Source of the DNA: Takakia lepidozioides
Taxonomy: Eukaryota > Plantae > Bryophyta
Direction: 5' to 3'
Assembly: GCA_030704615.1 (NCBI GenBank)
Contig: CM060731.1
Coordinates: 93,062,001-93,126,000 of the forward strand
Length of the DNA stretch: 64,000 nt
The notes below the pieces were generated by a model. It did not search any database, was not told where the DNA came from, and worked only from the letters and a program-made list of their open reading frames with translations. The first letter of the stretch is position 1; every line of letters starts with the position of its first letter. Shown one piece after another: positions 36,401 through 48,546 of this stretch. Both the position numbers and the translations under genes were made by a program.

Positions 36401-39400
36401 GTACCACACGCAATGCGAGCGGGATCAACTGTTTGCAGTTCAAATGCAGAGTGTCCCCTCTGTAAAGAAGATGACCGGGCATCTCCAGCAAGGGAATATT
36501 GGGCAGGGTGGATTGACCTCATCCTTGCCCTCTCAGCCATATGTGAAGAAGACAATGGCAGCGGCACTTGTGGAGAGTACAAAGAAGCAGAGCATAGCAC
36601 CAGTCCCCAAAGATGTAGCCAGAGCTGCAAAGCGATTTCAGCCGTTGTTCAACAAAGCTCTGTTTCCACACAGAGCACCACCAGCATCTACTGCCAATCG
36701 ACTGCTGTTTACAGATGCTGAGGATGAGTGAGTGTTGTGGCCTCTTCATGGGATCTGTTCAAAGTTCAGTCTTCGGTCGGGATGCCTTGCACGTTGACCA
36801 TCATTTATTTATATGGCTAGTACTGCATATGAGTGAAGTCAGAGTTGCCGGGCGGTTAGGGAGATTGTAGTACCATATGCGGTGTGTCTTAAATGTCACT
36901 GTATGGGGTGGTGGTTGGATTCAAAAGGCTGCTGGCAATGGGGCTCATGACCTATAACACTGATTGGAATGCAATTCAGCAACGTTTTCTGCCCTCGAAG
37001 TCTACGCATCAGGTATCGTCATATCTCTCTCCTTGTGGATGCTATAAATTTTCTATAATGAGAAACTGGGACCGATGGAGTTTGTAAAAGGCCTGCCCAC
37101 ATCAGGCACTAGGCTGAAGTTCAATTATTGGAGGCTGCCCATGTCTTATGGAGGCATTTACTTATAAGAACAGAGATGCTGGGGAGCTTACCTTCATGAG
37201 AGCTTTCAAGCAGTGATGTAGTCAGTGTTTTCTTTGATTGTTGTGCATGCTTGGGCTCTGCTTGTGGACATTGTAACGCTCATTCTTGACAGAGTATTGC
37301 AGTTGCATGGTCAAGGTGGCGTCCTTAGTACAGGACGGACTTCACCTCCAAGGATCGGCAGACAGAGAGACCTCTGACCTTAGTTTGTGTTGTTAATTTC
37401 AGTTTCTTGTTCTTTGTCCCATAAGCACTTTGAAGGTTATAAAGTTTAACTGTTTGTTTATTTCTTCTTCACTGTTAATGTCTCCATCTGGTGAATATAT
37501 TCAGCCTATAGTTATGTAGAGTAAGACTCGCAGCTTTTTGTGATGGAGGAGATGGGATGAGATCAGGTGGAAGGCAGGGTTGACTCATTGGCAGAGAGGA
37601 TATCATTTCACATTATCCAGTCCCCTTGTCCAACTCTCCGAGGCAAATATCAAAGTCTTTAGCTACTGTACAAGATATGCCTGTCTCAAAGCCAGTGGAC
37701 TCTAGTGACAGCTGTGTGTTACCGAGGCACAGCAAAATGCAATAAAAAAATGTCAGTGGGGTAATAAATGTCTATTAGCTCCAGTGCAGGATTGGCTGGC
37801 TTAATTCTTTAGAGTTCAAGCGCTCTAGGCTTTTTCCTTCCTCATGAGTTACCCACCAGTATTCTTACTAAACTTACTCTGCTTTTGGACTATCGAGCAA
37901 TTTTGGGTGTTTCGATGCTGACATGGGCAGCGTTCTATGTGCAGATATTTGTGAGGCAGAAGAATCGGAGCTCTGCAAGAGCTCCAGAAAACTCTATCAA
38001 GGTACACTTTTGTAGACATCCTAGTGCCCCGCCCTTCCCTTTCATTTTTCATCGTCTGTGTTTCGAAGGTTTTCCATAGGATGTGGTCATTGATAAACAA
38101 ATTTTCTTCAATTGTTTTTAGAGGAATGGAGGAAGCACCCTCGATGAAGCCTTTTCTCTTTTTCTACGTTTCTTCTTTTGTCTCTTGTTCTTGTGGCCTC
38201 TAACTTTCTCTGCACCCATCCCATGGTGCAGAGTAAAAGAAAGAAGGTACTGCTGACAAAGAATGTACTCATAAGACGTTGTTTGCCGTAGCCTTGTGGC
38301 CATTGACCCCACGCTCAGTTTGAGCGGAACACAAAGGGACAGAAACTACCTTTGTCAGCTGACGCCGGTAGTATGACTTACCTTGGAACAGACAATTAAT
38401 CCGAGTTTTCCAGATATCCTCTAGAAATCCCTTCACACAAGCATCAATCTGCTGTGTGTGGTTTGCCCAATAACTAGTCCCCAAAAGGGCCTGGGCTTTT
38501 GTCTCAGCCTCGAGACTTTCAAAGTTGGTAAACAAAGGCACAATTCCCTTGATGGATTTGAAGAGGGCATCTCTCTTGTGTGAGTACCCAGGACAGTGAA
38601 TCAGAAAATGAATATTGTCTTCAGGTTGACCACACAACAGGCAATTGCAATCCCTCTTTCCTCTCTGCATCTGTTTGCTGTTCAAAGGTAGGCTTCCCGC
38701 CCTGAGTTTAAATTTCAGTCTAGTGCCGAGGACGGGTAAACCCTTGAGGTCACTAGAGACTTAGCCTGGTTGGAGTTATCAACCCATACTGCAGATGCGT
38801 ACTCCAAGGCAGGCCTAATAACGCGGCAAAGCGTGGTTTTTTTTACTTCAGAGTTGATCCCTCTGCAGTGGAAAATGTAGTGAGACTCTTTGCGCTTGTC
38901 AGATTGAACGCTTTTTGAATATGTGCATTCCAATTACAGTTGGAGGAAAACTCAACGCCAAGGTATGGGTATGAAGGGAGGACCAGAATCTGTCCTTGTC
39001 AGACCTTTACTTATGATTAACAGAGATGCTCAGCTCCACCTACAAAGACTTTCCAGAATTACTGATTCTTTTAGAGCTTTAGTATTTTAGAAGTTTTTAG
39101 ATTTGGAACTCACGGGAACTTTCAATTGTTACCATAGGCCCTTTGGCGGTCAGTGGATTTGATAAAGTTTCTCCTCAGACAATCTGTGTGCTTTCATCAT
39201 CTTCAGTTAATGGACAGTTCCGGAGGGTGGCCGAAGTTGATTGTGACCTCTTCCAAGCCATGATGCTAGCTAGAACTACTTATGTTTGCTCTGAATAACC
39301 TGAGCATTCTTTCACTCAATTGTTTCTTGCTGTTTGCTGCTGTTGTTCTCAGTCTGTGCGGCGAATGAAGGCATCTTCGTTAACGACTGAAGAGAAAGCC

Positions 39401-42400
39401 TGCATACAAGAGGTATAATTTCTCCCACAACCAACTGGCGAATTGAAAGGAGCCAAACATTAGTATTGGGGACTTATGTGAGAAGGATGGAAGATCTACA
39501 TTTGTAAGTACGACCATATTAAAAGGATCGTAGAGGCTGTCTGGAAGAGTGACCTCTGGCAGAGTGACTCAAAATAGAGAAAGAGAAAAATTGTGACTAG
39601 TGAATGTTTGAGGATCCAAGAATGAAGAAATGGAGGCACGCACAAGGGGACAGATGCGCGGACATGGAACTAGAGGGACTGGAATGGTATTCAATTGAGC
39701 ACTTATGAAGACACAAATGGGAATGTGAGTGTAAACCAAATGAGAATCTCAACCTTTTGACAACACTGGCTGGTACAGGGGCTCACTTATCACAAATATG
39801 ATTGGGCCAAAGTTTGGCAATTTTGTGTTCCACATCGTGACCCAACAACATTGCCCCGTCAGTGGCGTATTGCTCTCGGAACTCAAAAGTCGTACAAATC
39901 AAATGAGATAAACAAAGAAAAGCGGCGGTTGTATGAAGCTGGAAGACGCCAAGCTATGATTGCACGGATGGATGGCAGCCTGGACATTGAGGTGACGAAC
40001 AGCTTCACAATTAGTTTGATATTTCTTTTGTTTTGAGTTGGAGATGGAACCAAGGGTGTGTGATGCATAGCGACAGTTTTAAACACTGGAAAAAGGTGTA
40101 ATTGCATGGTGAGTGGCAAGCAAGTATCAATCAGAGGCACAAGTATTCATTCAAATTTTAGAACAATCTTGGAGGATTGATATTCCTTCCTTTTTCACCT
40201 ACAGGAGGAGACAGGGCCTTCTTCTTTCTTGGACATGGCCAAGGAGAGAGGAGAGGACTGTAGCGCAGACGAGGATGAAGATGTTTCAGAGGAGGCATAC
40301 ATCCGTGATGCTTTCTTAGCTGACTGGAACCCCCAGTCAGCCATCAGCTCATTGTCTGCTGGGATTCCTCCGATTGTTGCTGCAGGAATTCCTACAATGT
40401 CTGAATCTTACACACCTGTGGGTACCGTATCCCCAGTGTCCAAAAGAAAACGATTGACAGTCAATGCTCCCCAGCCAACAGTTCCTGCCTCCATCCCGTG
40501 TGTACCTATGGACCTTTTAAGTCCTTACATGCCTCCATGCTATGTACCTAGTCGGCGGTGTTCAACAAAGCAAACAATCAAACTGGCCCCCGGTCTGCCC
40601 TCATTAAAGCTTCCACCTTCTGTTCGTGTTCTCTCTCAGTCCAAGGCTGAAGACCTGCAAGCATTTGCTCTTCTTAGCAACAAAATTGCTTCTGGTCTAC
40701 AGGGTTGCATGGCTGTTCCCTCATGGGTTCTGCCGCGAGGACAGGATGAAGTTGGAATAAGGAAGGCACCAGCCACCCTATTTGCCCCACCCTTCCAAGG
40801 TGTCACCTCTACAGCGCCCCTACAGGTGACTAGTAGCTGGAAAGTTTCACCTCCAGTAAGCGCACGTGTACAGGAAGGGGGAGTATTGCCCACCTCTGGC
40901 AAGCGCAAGCGCGTGCAGCAACCTGCACCCACTGACCCACCAAGGAAGAGAATGCAGGAGGACAAGGGTCAAAACCAGCCATTAATGATCAGCAATCAGG
41001 CAATGTTTCCCACCAGTCAGGCTGCTATGTTGAAGAAGATCGCCCACAATCAACCTGTTCCCCAGTCTCAAGCAGTGGGCGAGTCATTGTTACATCCTTT
41101 GTTGCTGAAGCCTGGGTCAGATGCTGTCTTGAAGCCAGCTGCTTCTTCTCCAGTCACCCCACCCCAGCTTGAAAATCCAGTGCAATCTCCGACGCAACAA
41201 GCACAACAATTCCATCCCTTCTTTGGGGGACCAAAGGGTGGGGGGAGGACATCTTCACCTGTGAGCCCTTCGTTGTCTCCCTCAAGACAGAAGAAGATAC
41301 GTGGAGCATCTGAGTTTCACCCTTCACTTCAGCATCCATCCTGTTCACCAAAATCATTGCAAGGTGTTTCTGGTGTGGACCCTAGTGAAGGCCTCCCATG
41401 CCAGGTCGCACAATCTGCATGCGTTTCAGGTGTTTTGATCAACTCTCCAAATTCTATATCATCTCCCACATTATCGCACCATAAACCCCCATCAGCGTCC
41501 AAGGAAACAACGCCTTATGATGAGTGCATTTCTATACCCTCAACAGCTAGCCGCCCGATGCTTCAACCTGAATCCTTGACTGATGCACAAAATTCTGGGC
41601 TACTGCCACAGGCTCTGCAGCCATCAAAGTTAGTGGCTCTAGGTGGGAATGAACACATACGTGTACATGATAGTATGGAATGTTTTCAGATTTCAACCGG
41701 TTTGTCAAATGACAAAATTGGTTTGGAACAACGACAGGCAGGAAGGAAGACAATTGGTGCATGGATGAGTCAAGGACAAAGGAATTTCGCTGGAGGGGAA
41801 AAAAAGCAATCCTTGTGCAGCAAGAAGCCAGAATTGCTATTGCGGGCAACAACCTACGGAACTCAGGTTGTGGATAGGCTGCAACTTAGAGAAACACCTC
41901 TTCTAACAAATGCCTTGCACCTCCTTGGACGGCAGGACGGTTCAAATTTTCAGGAAGTGCAGGGAGCTGTAAGAACCACCAAAACCCGACGAGGCAGGGG
42001 TTCAGGTGAGTCATTTGTAGGTATTTTATGTAAATCATTGTGATGAGCATTGTCGTTTTGTTCACATTGTCCTTAGGATGAAGGGGAAAGTTTCCAGGTC
42101 TTAAAAAGTGTTATGTATGGGTGGATCTTGGATTCAATGACATCCAACGATTTTGAAATGCATCATTTTATATTGTACAACACATATCTAGTATAATCTG
42201 GTCATTGTGTTGAATTGCTTTTAATCAAAAATCAGGTGAGGCAGGGGTTTAGGGGAGTCTTATTGTTGTAACTAATCACCATGATTAGTGTTGTTGCATG
42301 TGTAAATCTGAATCACCTTTTTATTTGCCACTTGCTGTCTTCAGAATAAAATCTATACACTTCCCAAGCCTATGGCAAGGCCACAATTGTAGCATGCACA

Positions 42401-45078
42401 ATTGACCACCAGCTGATGGTATCTTTAATTCCTTGTGAACCTTTTTACCTGCTGCTATGATGACCTCTATAGAGTGAATAGGGATCATTCCTTAGTGACC
42501 GTGGTATTTTCCCTTGTCATAGTTCCAACCTGAGTGGATCCTGGTGTGCATGCATGCAACTGAGGTAATAAGGTGTAACTTGTGTCTCCATGTGCGGGTG
42601 TGATATTCATCAAAATATTGGTGCAGGTATCCGGGCGATTGCAAGGGGCCGTAAAAAGAAAGAAACCAAGAAACAACAGGAGACAAACATAGATGATGGG
42701 AATGAGGAGCCGCACTTGGAACCACATATGATAGTTATGGAGCAAGAAGAGCTTAGCAATTCCGATTACAACAGTGGCCAATTTTATTATGAGGACATCT
42801 TCGAGAGTGCTAGAAGGGTATTTCAAGTCCTTCCTTGAAATCCTATTATCATTGTTTTGAGTTGTTCATCATTGGTCTGAGCTTTCCATTTTTAGCTATC
42901 TACCTAACATCAGATCTGTCATAGTTGCAATATAACTTTGGAATTCATCTCTTCGAGACCCACCAACACACCCTCAATTAGTTTATGGTTCACTTTTACA
43001 CGGTCAGCCTGCTTAAAAACATCTCAACAAGTTTATGGCCCACTATTAGACCTTCAGCAAACTTGTTCCCTAACCACAAACTCCCTCAAGTCTATGGCTC
43101 ACGTCCTCTAGCATGCTTGTTCCCAATCACAGGAGGTAGTTAGTATGAGGTTGAAATTTAACAGCAAATCTATCATAGCTGAAAGGTAACTTTGTAACCC
43201 CCTCTTCAAGATGAGCTAAACTTCCCAACAACAAAATCCTTTGAGTTTATGGCTCACTTCCAGAGTTTCTGCATGGTTGTTCACAGCCATAATAAGCTAG
43301 CTAACCAATATGGAATGAGTTCTCAGCCATAGCAAGCGTACGGAATGCATTTGGAAACTTACCAGCAAAATCTATCATACTTGTGTTTTAATTTTGTACT
43401 CCTCTCTTCAAGGTGAGCTGAAAAGTGGTTATAGGTATTCACAATTCTTGCCATTCTTCTCAACACTATCCATTCCTAGTACACTAATGCAAGTTGGTAA
43501 TGCTGCTCATGTATGTGTTGTTGTGTTGAATCTAACATACTTTTGGTTTTAATACTAGCAATGGTACTTATGTGTTGAATTTGACATCTAACACACTTAT
43601 GTTGTGTGTTTGTCTCTCCCGACATCAATTATAAGGCGGCCTCCGTAGGCTTCAATGACATAGCCCAGACAGACACTTGTCCCATCAGGCAAAATGATTC
43701 TGGTGACACAGATGTACATAGAATATCTGAAGAGGGAAAGACGATGCCATCCTCAACTTTAAATGAAGATAGGGCTCCCGGCCAACGAGGCAGAAAACGG
43801 GACATTCGGGTCCCCTCCAGGTTTACGAACAATGATCGGCTTGAGCTTGAGTACTGGGCGAAACAAAAACAAAATGCAAAAAGGGGGGTGGGGAAAGAGA
43901 AGGGGGTACTGCTTGGGCTTGGGAGCGGTCGTGGCAGCAAGAGGAAAGATGTGAAAGAAATCATGGAAGCCACAAATTGTGCTATCGATGGTGTTAGGAC
44001 AGGGAGTGGGCCAATGATCTCTAAGGTAGGGGATAAAGGAGGTAAGTACCTTAAAAATGGTTCAAGGAAAAGGGGGGGTGGCATGCAACGAGGGAAAAGT
44101 AGTGATGAAAGGTCCTCAAATGAGATGCAAAAGGTGAGTACTGAAAGTGACAAGGGAACAACACTTGGTCGTGGTGGTTCTGCTAGCAAAGGTGGGGTGG
44201 AGAGAGACCCAACTGCACAGGGTTACCATGCACAAGGTTAGCTGTGTGACTGACATGTTTTTGTCTTTGTCCTTTGGTGCGTGTGCATCTGTTTCTCCCT
44301 CTTGTTCCATTAGCTTAAAACAAAGGAATAGGTCTACCTCTAGGATTAAGAAGTGCAATTTTAGACGTAGTGATTGAGTCAAATTCTGGCATGCATCAAG
44401 AATAGAAGAAAGGAGAGGGGAAGTGGGATGAGGAATGAACAAGACTGGTTACGTTTGCATGTGTTCATTCCTCAATGCTTTTCCCTCTTGTTCTTTTCTC
44501 CTTTGTTATTTGTGTGTTTTGTTTTGCTGCCCTTGCATGTGTGCAACCCTTCCTCTTTTCTTTTGTACTCCTTGCAACCTGTTTGTCTTGGGTGCTCTTG
44601 CATTTGTGCAACCCTTGCTCTTCTCTTTGTCTTCGTTGCATGCCATTCTCTTCAGAGTTTAAGTCCAGATTGTTTGATTTGGGGACAACCATGCTTACAA
44701 AAGTTGGCAATAAACCTGTTCTCTCTACTGTTTCTCTCTCTATATAGTTGTTAACTTTCTTTCACTCTATCTGTGAGTACATTCTCTAGATAGTTGTTAT
44801 AAAAGACTTATCTTCTTCCTTTTACCTCTAGATACTCCCAAGTTTTTGACCATTTGGAAAAAAATGTCCATATTGAAAGTTGCAATAAATTCAACTTCTT
44901 TTCTTTTTATCCCCTTTGGACACTGGGGTTCTCCCATTATTTGGTACAACTCGTTTGGTTGGTTAATCATTCTTCTGTGCCTAATTTTGCAGAGGCAGAT
45001 GCTATTGAAGCTGCTGAGGTTCTAGCAGTCATTTGTCGGAAGCCGATAAAGAAGAGAAGTGGGCAAAACAGCCAGTAA
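30413..45078 (+). CDS. DUO3: DUO POLLEN 3 / GON4L-like homeodomain(SANT)-like transcriptional regulator
   Basis: Conserved blocks DAISKRTRAHYSL...EEEYRKFLAAV, FTAHQIGQLYCLIHEHVQLL, NRLLFTDAEDELLAMG...QIFVRQKNRSS, LPRQWRIALGTQKSY and IVMEQEELS. Phase-consistent GT-AG exons: 30413-32597, 32798-33492, 34064-35393, 36361-36727, 36928-37012, 37945-38001, 39353-39412, 39779-39991, 40205-42005, 42627-42817, 43636-44236, 44993-45078. The start codon and the last three exons are less certain. Confidence 0.9.
33860..34005 (-). pseudogene. PPR motif fragment in DUO3 intron 2
   Basis: FEKMPKQTLFMWTIMIAGYAKVRWGLEAFKIYEQMQREGV is a typical PPR motif. Confidence 0.75.
38255..39250 (-). mobile_element. 5'-truncated, internally deleted LINE 3' fragment in a DUO3 intron
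   Basis: RT thumb-like VIRPALEYASAVW and C-terminal CLLCGQPEDNIHFLIHCPGY cysteine/histidine motif. Confidence 0.8.
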
Positions 45079-45769
45079 ATTTGACTTCCAAAATCCCTAG
45101 GCCTTCAAAGAAATTTAGTGCAAACATCTTATTGGAGTGTCTTACGGATTTCTGCAACTTGAAAGTTATTGACTTGTAGGAGGTGCCTACTTGTGTTTTT
45201 GCACATTAATGTTGTAACATATGATGGTTTTAGTGTTACAATTTGTGCCAAGAAATCCAAAGTAGGTACAAAGGTGCCTTATTATCTAAAACTATTGATT
45301 GTTTGTTTTCTTCTTCAAGTTGAAGTCTGCTTTTGAGGACCTCCTTATTTTTCTTCCTCTTGACTGTTTGAGCAAAATCAATCTGAACCTGAATTACAAC
45401 CTTGGAAACCCAAGTGAGAAGTAGTTGTATGTTACTATAGTTTTTCCCATATACTACTGTGGAATACAAAGATGATTTAGGCATGTTACCATTCATCACA
45501 CACATTGTAAGAAACATTTTGGATGTCTTGCATCTTATTGCATTTTCTGTGTAGATTTTTTTTAAAGATTTTTTTCATATCATTACATGTTGCACATAGA
45601 CTGGTAGCTCAGTTGGTAAGTGCAAGGCGCCGCCTTCGCACATCCCCAGGCGCTCGCCCAGCACGGGTACGACACCACAAACAGGGCAGCCACCAAAGCA
45701 TGTTGGACATAACACTCTCCCCACGAGCTCATAAGCACATTGCGTGCTTCTGACAGCGGGAGAGACAAC

Positions 45770-46350
45770 ATAGGGTTTTTTGGCCCGATTTTTCATCCGT
45801 GGAAAAACAGTAAAAAACATCCTTCTACCCTGACGGATTTCATCCGTAGCAGAGTTAAGAATAGGTTTTAGGGTAGGGGTAAGGGTTTCACCCCGTAATT
45901 AATGATAATTAGGGGTAGTTAAGATCAAATCCAGGCCATAATCATCTGTACTCGTCATCCATAAACAGATCACTTGTCAGGATGAAAAGTAGGGAATATC
46001 ATCCGTGGCAGCGGTTTACCTCCTCCTAGGTAATTCATCATTCCTCACCAGACCACCCGGTATGGATAAAAAATAGTTAGTGAAAGAGGAATGAAAAATT
46101 ATTATCCTGGTAGTTTTTCAACTGGTATGGATGAAAAACAGGATGTTGTTGGCAACCCTCATAGAGGTAATTTTTCATTCCTTGGTGACTCATCCGGTAT
46201 GGATGAGAGTCAATAAAAGAGGAATGATAAAACCAAAAAACCGTCCTAACGGTAATTCAGTGTCCATCCTGGTGGCTCATCTGGTATGGATGAAAAACCG
46301 ATAGAGGATGGATGAAACTCCGTTAAAACTTCATCCGGTATGGGTGAAAA
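45770..46350. repeat. Cluster of CATCC-GGTAT-GGATG imperfect palindromes (possible DNA transposon subterminal region)
   Basis: Copies at 46054, 46119, 46191, 46278 and 46332, plus several TCATCCGT half-sites. Confidence 0.6.
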
Positions 46351-46785
46351 AACAGGAAATCAACACTGATAACAACCTGCCGGTTCCCAGGAGAGAGGGA
46401 AGATTCACGTCATGTCAAGACATGAACAGGACCCATAAGGGTCATTGTCAATGAAAGACATAAACTGCCCTGGATAGGGCACTATCTCACATTTACAGTC
46501 TTGTCAAATCATCCCAAAAGACACCACCCAATCATCCAAGACAAAACAGGGTGGGAGGGCGGGGTTTGTTCTTGTGTGGGACAAGATAAGATATTGTTGT
46601 CCATGTGCATGCTGCAAGGCCTCTTGGTTCAGCTTGTACATATACCAGCAACTTACCATTTCAACCATTAATTATGGCAGGTCATGTATCAGCCAAGGCA
46701 TAAGGACCAGCCTGCAGATTGTCAGAATCTCAGTATGCCACCAAGCAGTCCAACTTGAGTCAGATGAAGTAGATTCCATATCATT

Positions 46786-47267
46786 GTTCTTGTCATAGCT
46801 TCCCATGAATTGACATCACCCAATCATTCTTGATAAAACAGGGTGGGAGGGCGGGGTTTGTTCATGTACAGGTCATGACAACAAGACAAGCATATAAGCA
46901 AGCATCTTGTGTTCTGAAAAAACAGATTGTTGCAGCCTGTCATACCCTTTCTTGGCATCACAATTACAACAAGACATGCATAAAGCAAAACATCTTGGGT
47001 ATGTGAAACCAGCCCGCAATATTACAGATTCAAGACATGCCCTTCAAGCAAACATCTTGGGTATGACAAAATAATTAGCAGCAGCCTACCTTATCATGCA
47101 TCAAGCAAGGCATAAGGACCAGCCTGCAATTTTTCAGAATCAAAACATGCCTCCAAGCAATCCTACTTGGGCATGATGAAATAGATTCCATACCATTTGT
47201 ACTCACCCCGAGACATGTAATCATACAAGGTGTCAAGGGAATGTGAATTCAGCCTGTCAAATTGCAA
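46786..47267 (+). repeat. ~480-bp segment nearly identical to 60666-61147
   Basis: Direct comparison shows only scattered substitutions; 46405-46506 also matches ~60570-60673 more loosely. Confidence 0.92.
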
Positions 47268-48546
47268 CTTCAAGACTTGTACACACAAGCAACTTGAACA
47301 ACCGAGATCCAGCCTCTTTGGCACATTAAAAACTCATATTGTAGGTCATAGGCCTGATGTCATGACAAGGCCAAAACTATAGGTAGGATTCCATTGCAAC
47401 TTACCATCCTCATCTTCCAAGAGGTCCATGCTAAAGCTTGCAAAGAACACCTCACTATGATCCATCACACACCAAAAACAGGCTCGAAAAGGAGCAGGTC
47501 GGTGCCTTATCAAGCTGCCGCCATAACATTCAAGGCCACCACGTCCTTAGAGTCCCAAACCCGCCGAGGCAGCCCCCATAAAACCAGATCCTCTATGGCC
47601 CAAAGAAATTACAACCTAGCTCATTAATCCACAGGCCCTGCTGTCAAGGATCAAAAGATATGGTATGGTCTGTATGCAGGCCTCGGGAGACAGGCCAGAC
47701 AGGTCGAGCTGCCCCATTGACGGCAGAACAACACATAGGTTGTAGCATGCCAAACCAGGAGCAGTCGGGTTGAATTCGGGGCTGCAGGCAACAGCCACTT
47801 CAAGGCGCGATAACTTACAGGTCTCCTCAGCCCATATCCCCAACTGCATGCTCAAGAAATTTCAAAGTAAGTGAGGATCCTCACCTGGTCCCATCACAAG
47901 CCCCCACAAAATCAAAGGATTAGTGAGGATTGTGGAACCCCAGGTGAATCAGAGACCCTCACACTTGTCATCGATGTCAACTAAGAAACTCAAAAGCAAG
48001 AGAAGAAGATAAGAACACAAGGATCCCTAAACTCCAAAGGCACCTTTAGCGATTGGGGAAGAGGGTTATGCGCCATCACCACCCACGACAATCCGCCTCC
48101 ACAAAGCACATGAGCAATGAAGCAAAGCACGCAAACTCGCAAGGCAATAGAAGGGAGGGAGAGAGACTTCCCAACACAAATGCCACTGCTAAAATTAAAA
48201 AGCCAGAGGAGGGAAGATGCCACTGCATTCACAGCAGTGTTTCCCGCTACTAGAGAGACAAGGCGCCGCCTTCGCGCATCCCCAGGCGCTCGCCCAGCAC
48301 GAGTACGACAATGGAAAACCCAGCCCAGCCCAGCCAGTGGAAAACCTCTGCTTTGTTGCGACAGCCGGGTTTATGATGGCTTGTATGAAAGACACACATC
48401 TGTTTTCCAGGCCCTAGTTTGCTTTGCTTACCTTATGGTAGTTGGAAACAAATCGAGAGGCTGCAAGGAACTGTTTGCTGCAGCTACTCGGGTACCCCTG
48501 TTGGTAAAATGCCCCTGTTATGTTCCAACCTAGATGGTTTTGTTAG

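Noticed and set aside
29878-44189. Antisense ORFs over DUO3 exons
   Set aside because: Shadows of the acidic, low-complexity sense coding sequence.
45864-45890. Interstitial telomeric repeat
   Set aside because: Only one TTTAGGG with degenerate neighbours.
48400-48546. 3' LTR of the minus-strand Gypsy element
   Set aside because: No match to 55272-56170; the element appears truncated after integrase.
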